DNA of 64,000 nucleotides from Candidatus Omnitrophota bacterium (lineage in GTDB: Bacteria > Omnitrophota > Gorgyraeia > 2-01-FULL-45-10): positions 6,456 through 70,455 of the forward strand of contig CAIMPC010000057.1 of the NCBI GenBank assembly GCA_903843285.1. Direction: 5' to 3'. The notes under the pieces were generated by a model that ran no database searches, was not told the DNA's origin, and saw nothing but the letters and a program-made list of their open reading frames with translations. Made by a program: the position numbers and the translations under genes. This document shows positions 12,601-24,600 of the stretch, one piece after another; the first letter of the stretch is position 1, and the number at the start of each line of letters is the position of its first letter.

Positions 12601-15600
12601 TCAAGCCCCCGCTTCCTTTCCGGACTTAAACCGGGGACCTTTAACTTTGCGGCAATATAATCTATCTTCTCCTTGCGTATGCTACGTTCCATGTCTTCTC
12701 TATGCCGTGAATACATAAAGACCGCCTTCTCGCCGATGCTCTCGGCGAGAGTGGATATATTAGATTTATCATCTGTTGTTAATTGAGCGTCCCCCTTGCC
12801 ATAGGCTTTCTTATATATCTCGCGCACCTTTACCGGTAACACCTCGTAAACAAGTATAACGCCGTCTTCATCATATCCCAACCCCGTCATCTTATGTAAT
12901 AGTATCCCCGCTTCATCTTCATCTATCGGAACATCCAAAAGCCGCGCCTTTTCCATCAGACTTTTTAAAACTCTCTCTTTGCGCGCAGGATCCTTCTCGA
13001 TTACGATAGCCTCCTGTATCTTTTCCTTCCTCTCATCATTTACCTTGCGCTCGTAATCGACTAATACGGAATGCTTCGCGTTAAATCTAACATATATATC
13101 TTCCACCGCCTCTTTCTTCCGCAGTTCCGCCGCGATAAGGAACGTTCGTAGGCTTGGAGTAATAACTTTGTCTAATTCTTCGCATTTAGTATCGATAACG
13201 CCCAGCGCCTGTTCCATTGCTATGGATGGATTTCCATCACAGATAATGCGTCCAAGAAACCCCCTAAACGACTTAGAGACACTTGACTGCCCTTCAATAA
13301 GCTCACCTTTCTTCGCCGCCACCTGAGCCGGAGTCAACTTAAACGGCATCAGATCGGATGTCAATGCTTCAAATTCTTTTAATTCCGAAACCGCTCTTCC
13401 GGGAGAAGGAAATCTTCCAAAATCGATCCGCCATTTTCGTAATATAAACGCTATATCATCGTATCTTTCCGATCCCAAAAACAGCCCCATAAATGCCAGG
13501 TCTGCTTTGAACGCAGTCTCAAATTTTTTATGGGCCTGGAATTTTTGCACCCAAGTCATCAATTCATCGCTCTCAAGCCTTAATTGAGAGAGTACAGGAA
13601 ATATATTTTCCCATCCGATAAATGTCTGCATGTTCGCATAATTTTCTCCCTGCGCCCATGCTATATCCTCAAATGTGTCTTTGATCCATTTAATATCATT
13701 AAACCCCTTCCCTGCCTTCCTGGATTCCAGCGCTTTAATATACATACGCGCCACAAAGCCTCTCCTTTGTCCCGGAGTGGAAAGAGGTAGAGCTGCTTTT
13801 ATCTTATCGACCAAGCCGGTGCGTATCTTGCCTTCAACGTCTACTCGTTTAAGGTTATGGTATCTATCAGCATACCCAGATATCCTAATGTTGCTCAATC
13901 CATTTACATCCATCAGATTATCGACAAGAGTTCTCGTATCAAATACGGGCTGTGTCATCAAATACAGGAAGGCTTTTAACCTGTCATCAGAAAGTTTCCC
14001 TATATAATCCTTCATCAAACCATCCGCTATAACAGACGGAAGCTCCTTCTCCTTTTTCGTGTAGAGGGATTCGTTCAATATAAACGATCCCATAACTTCC
14101 TTTTGGTACCTCTCTCTTTCGGCCGTTTCCACAAGGTTAGACGCATCGGACATATTCAACCTTACAGGAGCTCCCAGTTCATCTCTATTATGTAGCATAT
14201 ACACAGCCTGAAGGTACATCTCTGCTGCCGTTTCACGCACCAACCCCCTGGTATCGATAGTATATCTCTTTCTGAACATGTACTTCATACCTTGCGATAT
14301 AGCCTCTCCAAAGGTGACATCTTCATTCATAAGGCCTTCTGTGGCCTTACCTTTCGGGCCTATATTCGATCCGTCAGAAGCTTTGGGGAGGCCTTTGATG
14401 TAATCATAGGCGGTAATAGCATCTTCTTTTTCCACTCCTGCCCCATCATGTATTTTTATTTTCACTGTCTCGCATGCATTATCCCTAAGACGGTTGGGGT
14501 GTCGGCTATGATCAATTTCATTGAGCAATTCCTGGCCGGCTATCAGGCGTATTTTCTTAGCATAAGCCACGTTTTCAAACAAGGCATCGACTGTTAAAGC
14601 TTTCCCGGTTGCGAGCTCATAACGAGGCCCATATTCTCTGATGGCTTTTCGTACCGCCTTTGAGAAATACGATAGTCCTTTTGCGTACACCCACACATTT
14701 ACATCATACTCTTTGCTCCATTTTCGCGAGGCGTCATGGACCTGCTCCCGCAGTGAAAAGTCTTCATCCCTGTATGCTTCAATCTTTTCCTTTAAAGCAC
14801 TGAAATCAATAATTCCATTATTGAAATTGTCAATATCTCCCTTTAGTTCGTCTGCATCGATAACTTGTATGGCAAAATATTTAGCCTCAGCCATCGCCGC
14901 GCCTTTTTGGAATATCTCTTCGGCGCTCTCTAACATATACCACGTATCTATATGCTTAAGGAATTTCTGTATGCGCTCCATACCTCTATCTGTAGCAACA
15001 GCCTGGAATAGTATCCGCACAAGGAGTTTGTTTACGGCATTTCCATTCGAATCAAAGAAGTCCTTCCAGCTTTCCGGCTTTACTGTAATGACCCTTCCGA
15101 TAGCCATTAGAATTCCGTTCTTCTCTCCTTCATCGAGAGGAAGATACTCCCCTACACTCCGTTCTAGATTAGGCATTACTATAGTATATAACTTTACTAA
15201 ATTCCTGCCGCTGGCTTCATCCGGCACTTTTCCATTTCTGTCGAAATAGCCTGCCCACGTCCTGGGTTTAACCATAAGATCGATCGCAATAGCTATCCTG
15301 CGGCCCTGGGCATCAGGATCATCGCCTATAAGTTCTTTTATCCCTAACTTTGTAGCCTCTAATTCGATCGTATGCTCACACTCATATATCTGGTTAACAG
15401 CTTCCGGATTTATAATTGCCCCTGTCATCTGAATCCACTTATTCTTTACCCACGCGGATTTTTTCTTCTTCGCCTCCATATCCATGGACGCGGACATTCT
15501 GCGGCCTTCTGATACAGGATCATCGCCCTTGAACTTCTCAACGTTGCATCTTACGGCTTCCAGAGCAAGCTTATCCGTAACGCCATAAATGTGGTTTACT

Positions 15601-18600
15601 TCACCGGCATTTATTGTGATAGGTTTGCTGGGCCTGGATTCATCTTCATATATCCATTTATTCCTCACCCAGACCGACCTCTGGGCCTTTGCGACTATAT
15701 CCATAGCCGTAGTGATCCTGCGCCCCTGGACTATCGAACTGTTCCCGGCGAGTCTATGAATATTCTTATTCTTCGACTTCGCCAACTCTGCTAACTCAGC
15801 ATTGATACGTAATATATGATTAACGGCATCGGCGTCTATAATTATAGGTTTGCCCGGCCTGGATTCATCTTCATATATCCATCTGTTCTTTATCCATGCG
15901 GACTTCTTCTTATTCGCTTCCATGTCCATAGCTATAGACATCCTGATACCTTTAGAAGTAGCATCTCTACCTAATAGCCCCGGAATGCGCTTTGCTCCGG
16001 GCAAAACAGCTTGCGTAGCGATATCGCCGGCTACTTTGAATATATGCTTGACAGTTATCGCATCTATCTTTATGGTCCTGGCATTGCCATAGGCCGCCAC
16101 TTTGATCCATCCGTTCTTTATCCACGGGCTCTTCGCCTTATTTTCCACCATATCTCTCGCCATTGCCATCGCATTATCTTTTATCTCTCGCCTGGTAAAA
16201 CCAGACTTCTTGAGGGCAAGTTTCAGGCTCGGTAATACGCTCTTAAACAACTCGTTAATATTACCAATGTTTCTTATTCTACCATCGCTGTTAAAGAAAT
16301 TTTTCCAAACAGAAGGATCGACCACCAGATCTCTCGCTATAGCTGTCGCGTAGTCATTTATCTCTTTAGGACTCAGCCCTACCGAGGCAAGCGATCCCTT
16401 TAGATTTGGCAGCACTGTTCCAAATAGTTCAACAACGTTCGCTTTCTGCGCAGGCGTATTTATATTGCCCTCTTTGTCAAAGAAATCTTTCCAGGCCACA
16501 GTCGCATCGGGATCCCCCATGAGGCCAAAGATTGTGGCTGTGATAAAGCCCTGAATTTCGGGATCCCCAGGATTTAAGGGATTCATATTCGCTTCTCTGA
16601 GCGTCCTATTTATATTACTGAAGAACTTATCAAATTTATCACGAAGCGTTATTATTTCCGATGCGCTCAAATTATTATCGCGACCAAACTTAGTCCAGTA
16701 GAGCGAATCTCCGATAGTTCTTATGCTTTCAAACCTTCTCTTCTCATCTCTTATGTGACCCTCTATGAGGGCGCCCATCCCGGGACGTCGATTTATTCTG
16801 TTATTCTCCTCTGCGAGCAATGTATCCAGCCAATTAACCATGTTAGCTTCAGGTAGCACAGATAACTGGTTATCGGACAGGTGCTTATACATTTCACGTT
16901 TAGGATCGCTACTATCAGCCCTAAGATTTAAGTCCTCTTTTAAAGTAACCAGTAAAGATGTTATTTCATCGAGTCTCAATCCAAGTTCTTTTCTGAATTC
17001 CGGATCCTTTGCGGCCTGACGAAAATCCTCTATACTAATCCACTTATTCAACATAAACTGCCTTGCAAGGGAATTAAGCAGGCCTATGTCTTCTCCATTA
17101 TCGCTCGTGGAGACCTTTCTACTATGAAGCCTCTCGGCCACAGGCTGTAACAGTTCTCTCGTAAAAGGCTCCAGATCCTTATCCAGTTTACCCCACTCAT
17201 ATCTATCGTTGTCCCGATAGAAACTGATCCACCATGAAGTGAATTCGTTACGCGCGATGCCGCTTCGCCTGACCATGTCGGCGACAGCATTCGGAGTTCC
17301 GGCCTTGCATAAATTCTTATACCAAACAAAATATTTCTTATCAGACTGGAACTTACCTAACACCTCTTTTCTTGCATCCGCCACATCTATTGCGGTCATC
17401 TTAGCGGATGGGGATACATAGTGAGGGCTTTGTAATGTGGTGCTCATTCTGGCATAATTACTTAACAATCCCATCAGACTGGGATCGACCGCACCTGCCA
17501 TCCCGAGATTTGGATCAAAGAATCTGGAAAACTCTCTGGGTAGCTTACCGTTACCGCCAATCGCTCTCCTCACCCGGGGTAGCACGCTTTCACAGACAAA
17601 TATATACTCATCCAGATACTTCAGGCTCTCTTCTTCGTTTAGGTTCGCCGTAAGCCTATAAGCCTCAAAGCAGGCCGCCAGAGCCTTTATTTTTTCAACG
17701 TCCTTGCCGATGCCGAGGGGCTTCGCTATCATTTCGGATCTTTCGAGAAGCCTGGAGACATAATTAGAATTAACTCTGCTGACAATATCTTCCCATTTTA
17801 GAAGATTTTTACCTGAGGCATCTTCGTTACTTACGATAGTGGATATTTTATCCACCAGAGCGGCCTTTTTGACTGGGATAGCTCTTAATTTTTTAGAATC
17901 TGAATCTGCGCGCTCCTGGCGGCCGACTTCTTCCCACTCAGCATATTTCCTAATCCATTCCGCTCTGGCTTGTTCCGATTTCTCGCGCTTCAACGACTCT
18001 GCTTTTACATCATCGTCGATCGACACTGTGGCGACTCTTATACCATCTGCCTTTTTATCTAAACCAAACCATCTTAGATATGTAATAAGCTCTTCGCTCT
18101 TATGTTTAAACATACCCAGATTCTTATCAAAGTCAGCTTTTGCCTCAAGCCAGTCGAGCCATACCCTGTTATACTTCTCCATGCTCACAGTAGGAGGATT
18201 ATGCTCATACTGATCTCTGATCTGCTGAAGCTCGGCCCATGCTATCTCTTTTCGTTCTCCGGATGATAAAGTTGCGCGATACTGAGCGCTCCAATCATCC
18301 GTTAAGAGGCGCATGTAACTCCTTAAACGCTCACGCGCTAATACGAGCTGGCCGCCGCTCTGATCCGGGGCAAGAGTTTTGGAGTCTATCTCCAGAGAGA
18401 TATCACTATCCTCCGCTCTATCCATGTTTATCTCCGTAACCTTAGGGACATTTTGCGCTTTTGGCTCGTTCAAAAGCTGTAGAATAAACTCAGCGCCTCC
18501 GGATGTCTGTAGTTTCATTAGCATGCTATACGCCAGATCGCTACATACACGCTCGGCTTCAATCTTCTTCTCTTCCAGGTTTCTGATTACATCTATCGTA

Positions 18601-21600
18601 AACTTATAAGCATCGCTCTTTTCCTTAAGCGGCTTTTGCCCTACGGCATCGAGCATCTCTATCTTAATCTTCTCGCTCCTTGCCTTCTCCAGGTCATTAT
18701 TTATATTTTCAATATTCGCCTTAGCCGTACGATAACGGCTGAATAGCGATGCCCAGTCAGCCCTCTCGCCCAGCTCAACCAATCTGGACAATAGCGGAAA
18801 ATTTTCGTCCCGTCTGGCATTCTGTAAATTCTGCCCGTACACTACGCTATCCATGTATGATAGCATCCCGCTTAAGCCGCTGAAACCTGCTTCATAGGGT
18901 AAGCCATCCAGCATATTTATATAGCTTCCCGGGGTATTAAATCGTTTAAACCCGAAGATCTGATTTTCATTAATCTCGACAGCCGTACCGCGCCTCATGG
19001 CCTCTGCCTTATTGTTAACAAGGTAGGCAAGGGCCTTCATCTCATCCGGAAGATTCGTCGCATTCGCCACATTGGTTAATCCGGTAAGCGCATTCAGATC
19101 CAGCCCTGCCAAAGCAAAGCTTTCCTCTAATCGAAGCTTATCTTTTTCAGCTACAGCAAGCCTCTCCTCTTTATCTTTAAGCTCAACGTCGGCTTTTATC
19201 CTGTCGCTTTCCGGCAGACTTTTCTTATCCTTTATCTCATCAAGCTTTCTCCGTGAATCATCACGTTCTTTTACGATTTCAGCTATGGCACGGTTAGCTC
19301 CGGTGAGATTAACCCACTCGCGCTGATACGTGTTTATCATATCTATCAATAAGTTGCGGGATTCTTTAATAGCCTGATTCAGATCGTTTCTCGCAGAGAC
19401 TATAGAATCAGGATCTGCAGGACCCAGCTCCATGAACTCAACAAGGCCTCCACCTGCCTGAGCCACTTTAACCCTCGTCGCAAGGCCGATGATACGGCTC
19501 CTTATAAACCAAATCTTCGCATCGCCATCGTGCCCCCTGGGGAAGAACTTACTCAGGTGATATTTCATATCTTTAAGCGAAAAATTCGGTACCTTAATCT
19601 CGTCTATTGTGATGCTGTATGGGGCCAATATCTCCCCGAGCACCATTTCATTCACTCTATTCTCTTTCTCAGCGGCCTGCAAATCTGTCTTCATACGTTC
19701 TATATCTTCGGTGACGCGAAGTTCATCTCTTAGGCCGGTGTCAAACTTCACTTTAAGATCTAAGTTCTGTTCTTTTATAGCCCTTAGCAATTCTTCTGCC
19801 TTTATCAGCTTATCCTTTATTTGCTTTAGCCTGGTTCTCGATGCCGAATATTCCAGATACTGGCGAAGTATCTGATCATATCTATTACTTAGGGCTATAT
19901 CCTTTTGGGCCTTGGCAACCTCGACATCCTGCCGCATGACTTCAATTTGATCTACAGGCAGGTTAATCCCTCTGGCGCGCACATTATCATACAGTAGCTG
20001 TTTCAGCTCCAGTCGTATACTAGCCCTACTGGTAGCGGCATCGTAATTAAATAAAAGATTCCCGAAGTCACTAATATTTCCCTGATTAGCTACATGGGCA
20101 CGTAATGCCTGCAGTAATTCCGGCGGGTTGACACCATTTTTACGCAAAACCGGCAAATCATGACTTAATCTGTTTTCGATAGCCCTGGAACGCTCAAAGA
20201 CCATCATTTTGTCATTTATCTCTTCGGGCCTGAGTTTTCTGGCATCGATTCCAGCCTTGCCCAAGTCCAAAATAAATTTGTCTTTCCTATTTAAAAGATC
20301 ATTCAATCTGGCCCTTGCCTGCTGAAGTTTATCCACAAGCAATATTTCATCTTCCTGGGAAATAAATTTTTCATCATTACCTTTGATATCCAGTTCGGCC
20401 TGGAGACTTGCGATATACTTATTGGCCGCGGCGATCTCTTCCTGGATATATTTCAGCTGGTACAGGGATATATGGATATTTAAGCCAAATTCATACAAGC
20501 TCTGCTGATAATTTACATATATCGCTTTCACGACATCCGGCGGCTTAACATCCAAACCCCACCCATTCGGCAAATAACCGAATATCTTATTGAGCTCCAG
20601 CTCGGGAGTGCCTGACAGGCCATCGCTGAGGAGATTTTCGAATAGTGATCTATCCTGGTCTGTCTTCCTAATATCTATAGTAAGGCCTGTAGATAAGCTT
20701 TCTCCTCTTAATGCTTTTATAAGCTTCAGGCATTCCTGTTTTTTAAACTTAGCTTCTCTCAGCTTATCTTTAGCGGCAGAGAGCATCCTGGTCGCCTTAT
20801 AACGCACTGCATCAGACGATCTGTGATTTTTGTACATTTCATCGCATCTGGTCTGAAGATCCCCGGCCAGGGCCGTATTTGCAACTTCATCTCTTTCCGA
20901 TTTCTCATATTCCTGATATGCCGACATCATCGCACAGATCAAATCGTTTTCGGCATGCTTACGCAATGCCTCTTCGGGTATGGAACCAATCTCCTGCTCA
21001 GGCATCAGAACGGTTCCGGGGGTAGCCTTGATTAGCGTTACTGTGCCAAGACCTGCATTTGTATATGCCGCATACGGGTCACGGTTACGTTCAAATAGGT
21101 CTACAAAGCCCGGGACGGTCAGCTTATAGTCCCTCATTGCAGTCGCGACCCTGGCTCGAAGATTCTCTGATCTGGGCCGGCCTTGCTCTGAAGATGCAAC
21201 ATTTCTCATAGCATACGTAATGGATTCGTTAAGCATCTGCATATTGGATGCGTTCATTGCAGAGGCCTGATACCGTGATGGATAGGTCACTGAAGGTCTT
21301 TGAGTCAGTGGTGCGACATTCGGCTGAGCTGAGGGCATCGCAACCGGTAATCTAACCGACGGCTGTGCTGATGGTGCTATCCGACTCACCACCGGCACCG
21401 CCTTTAACCCGTCTTTATTGACGACGAGATTGCGGTTTAGCGCGATTTTCTGGCCTTTTTTCATCGGATCTTTTAGGCCGAGAACGGCGTGTAAGAAATT
21501 GGATTGCATATCGGTGGCCGGATTCACATCCTTCTTCATCGTTAGATCTGATGTTAAGCTTATGGATATACTATCTCCTGCCGGCTTAAGTATCATCCTG

Positions 21601-24600
21601 ATCGTGCCGGTGTAGTGCTCGGTATCTACATTAAAGAATATCTGGTAGACGGATTGTCTGATCTTACCTATAGAAGCCTGAGTTATCGTGCCTATGTTCA
21701 TATTTGCACCCACGCTCAAGCCTCTGGCGATAAAAGTCATGTGACCATTACCATCGAAGGCTAATATCTCAGCGCCAGAGAATGTCCTTTGACCAGTCGC
21801 TTTATGGAAGATCTGGATCTGCCCCATATCGTGGCCATTGCGATGCTGGAACCGCGTATATTTTTCAGCTTTATTATTGTAGATTAGTAACGGAATGGGC
21901 ACATTATGATCGGGATCGGATGGTTTAGACTGAACCAGCCAGTCAATGTCAGGATATACAATGTCGGTAGCGTACCCTTGAAGATTCGGTGTTTGCTCTA
22001 CCTTTTGCGTAGATACAGTAACGACCGGTGCCGTTGGTACCCTGGCCGATGCCGCAAGCTTTGCCAGATACCCTGACTGACTATAGCCTGGCGAGCTGAC
22101 TATCGCCTCCAGGCGATTCATGTACCTTTCATTTTGCAATTTCTGATCTGCTACAGGAATATGCTCGTAATCGGAGAATAATTTTCTTAGTGCGCCGTGA
22201 TCTAATATTTTGTCCAGGGCATCAGCCGGTGGTGCGCGTTCTCTCTGCGGCTTCGCCTGCGCCACTTCTCTTGGCGCGGCCGCCACCGTGGTAATGATCC
22301 TGCCATTCGCAGCCTCGTCTACAACATTACCGACATTTCGACCAAGCGTTCTCCATCCATTCGCTCGTTGTGACGAATCTCTCATACGACTGATAGCCGC
22401 AGTAACAGCGGCCGGATCGACCTTTTTACCGCTTCCGATCTCGCCTAAAACTTTCTGTCCTTCCTGAGCATATGCGACCACCGGATAGACCACCATGGGC
22501 ACGGCAATCGCAGACGCCACGGCTACTTTTCCCAGCATGCCTGAGAAATACTCCGAAGTAGCCCGCCCCATCATCTTCTCTATATTCACTCCGTATTTAT
22601 TTATTAGAATCGCCGTCACGCCGATAGCGCTGACAAATAACGCCGTCTGCATCACGCCGCTAAATATCACAAACGCCGCAGGTATCGCCATGGCATACAT
22701 CAATATGTTTCTCGAACTCGGAATAAATGATTCGGCGAAAGTGCGCCAATAGCTCTGCTTGGCAGAGAGTGCCTCCTGCCCTAATTTGGCCGCCTGTACA
22801 AACTGAAATATTATAGCCAGTACACCTATAACTGCCATCGGAACCGATATTAAAGGTGCCACAGAGATTGAGGACAACATACCCGCGGAGCCGAATAAGG
22901 ATGATAAGGTTACGAGTCCTGCGCCTACTATAATGCCGAGGGCGTTTCCTATATACATAGGCCACCTGGCCCTAAAGAAGCCGCGCTCCGCCTCCCTACC
23001 GACGACATTGGCCGCAAGTGATGAAATAGCTATCGCGCCTAATGACACGCTCGTGATAAATAGAGACCCTCCGGCTATCTGTATGGCAAAGAGCACGCTT
23101 ACCGATATCACCATCGCCCTGACGAGGGAGTTCACTCCGGACTCAAAACGAGTGGGAGTTACATCAGTGACTTTACTCAGGTCTTTCCTGAACAAGCCTA
23201 TTAGAATAACATTCGCCAGAAATGCCATAACTGCCGCGCCAAATGCCAGTGGTATTGCAGGAAGGGCCAGAGATCCTACTGCTATCACGGGGTGCGCGAC
23301 TGCCGCTATCAGCGTTCCTGCGGCAGTAAACAAGCCCGGCCCTGCGAGAAGCTGAAGAGCCATGACACCTGTCCATCTAATCAAGGCATTTAAGAAGCTC
23401 CCCTTTCCTACGCCGGCGGTGAACCTCATGAAATCGGTCGTAGATGTATCGAGCTGTCCTATCTTCTTTCCGTAAATCTGGCTAAAATATACCGTTATGA
23501 TGAGTAGCGATGCGGTTGCAACACCTGCGATCACAGGCTGTGAGATAAGAGACTGAATTATCGGATCTAAGAGCTCCTTAGTGAATGATGAGAGGCCATA
23601 TCTGGCAAACAATGTCCCTATACCAAGCACCAGTATTATCGATGCCGCCGTCTTTACAAAACCTTCCGATAGTAAATTCGTAAATGAGTACGGCCTTGTC
23701 TCCTGAATATTTTCAACCTCGCTACCCATGGCGGAGGCCACAATAACGGTGATGAAATCTTTTATATCGCTGATTTTGTTATTGAAATTGCGTGCAAGAA
23801 ATGCCGCATTGGACAGCTCTTTGTCGAACTGGACGAAAGCCCCTTTTAATCCGACCCGAGACTGGCTCGCCAGGTACTCCAGACGTTTTCTCGTGGATTG
23901 CTGTTCCGTCTGAAACTTGCTAAGTTCATCAGTAAGTTTTTTCTGTATAAGGACTTGTAAGTCTGCGATCTTACTATCTAACTCGCTGTCACTCTTCACA
24001 CCGGCTCTGAGACCCTCGTATGAACCCGTCTCTCTTAAGAACTTTACAAATTCATCCTTCGAGGCTGTCATACTAAGGAGATTCAATACCTGCTGTTGGT
24101 ATAAAAACACCTCCTGCTCGTACGCACGTCTCTTCTCATCGCTTCTATTCTTCTCGCTTGCGATCCTATCCCTGACCTCTGCTGTCAGGCTCTCGACGAG
24201 CTTCGTATCGGATCTTTCAATAGCGCCCCTCAACCCTGCTAATTGCTGGTTCAGGAGCTTGGCGTGCTCTTTAAGTGTATTCTCATCGAGCGAGAATAGG
24301 CCCTCCCACGATCCTTTGTTAGTTCCTCTGTCACCGCGGCCTTGAGTCTGAATTTCAAATGCCTCTGATTCATCGAGATATGCAGATATTACATGCAGTC
24401 CTGGAGCTAATTGATCGAGAGGTGGAACTTCCTCTCCTTCCGAACCATCCTTATTAAGGAAACGCCCTCTTATAGTAATATCTATTCCACGGTGCGCAAT
24501 ATTTGTGGTTATCGTAAGTATGTTGCCATAACCGGCAATGCTTATAGCGCGATTAAACTCTTCGGCATTGCCTCCATTAGCTTCATTAATTATTATTCCA

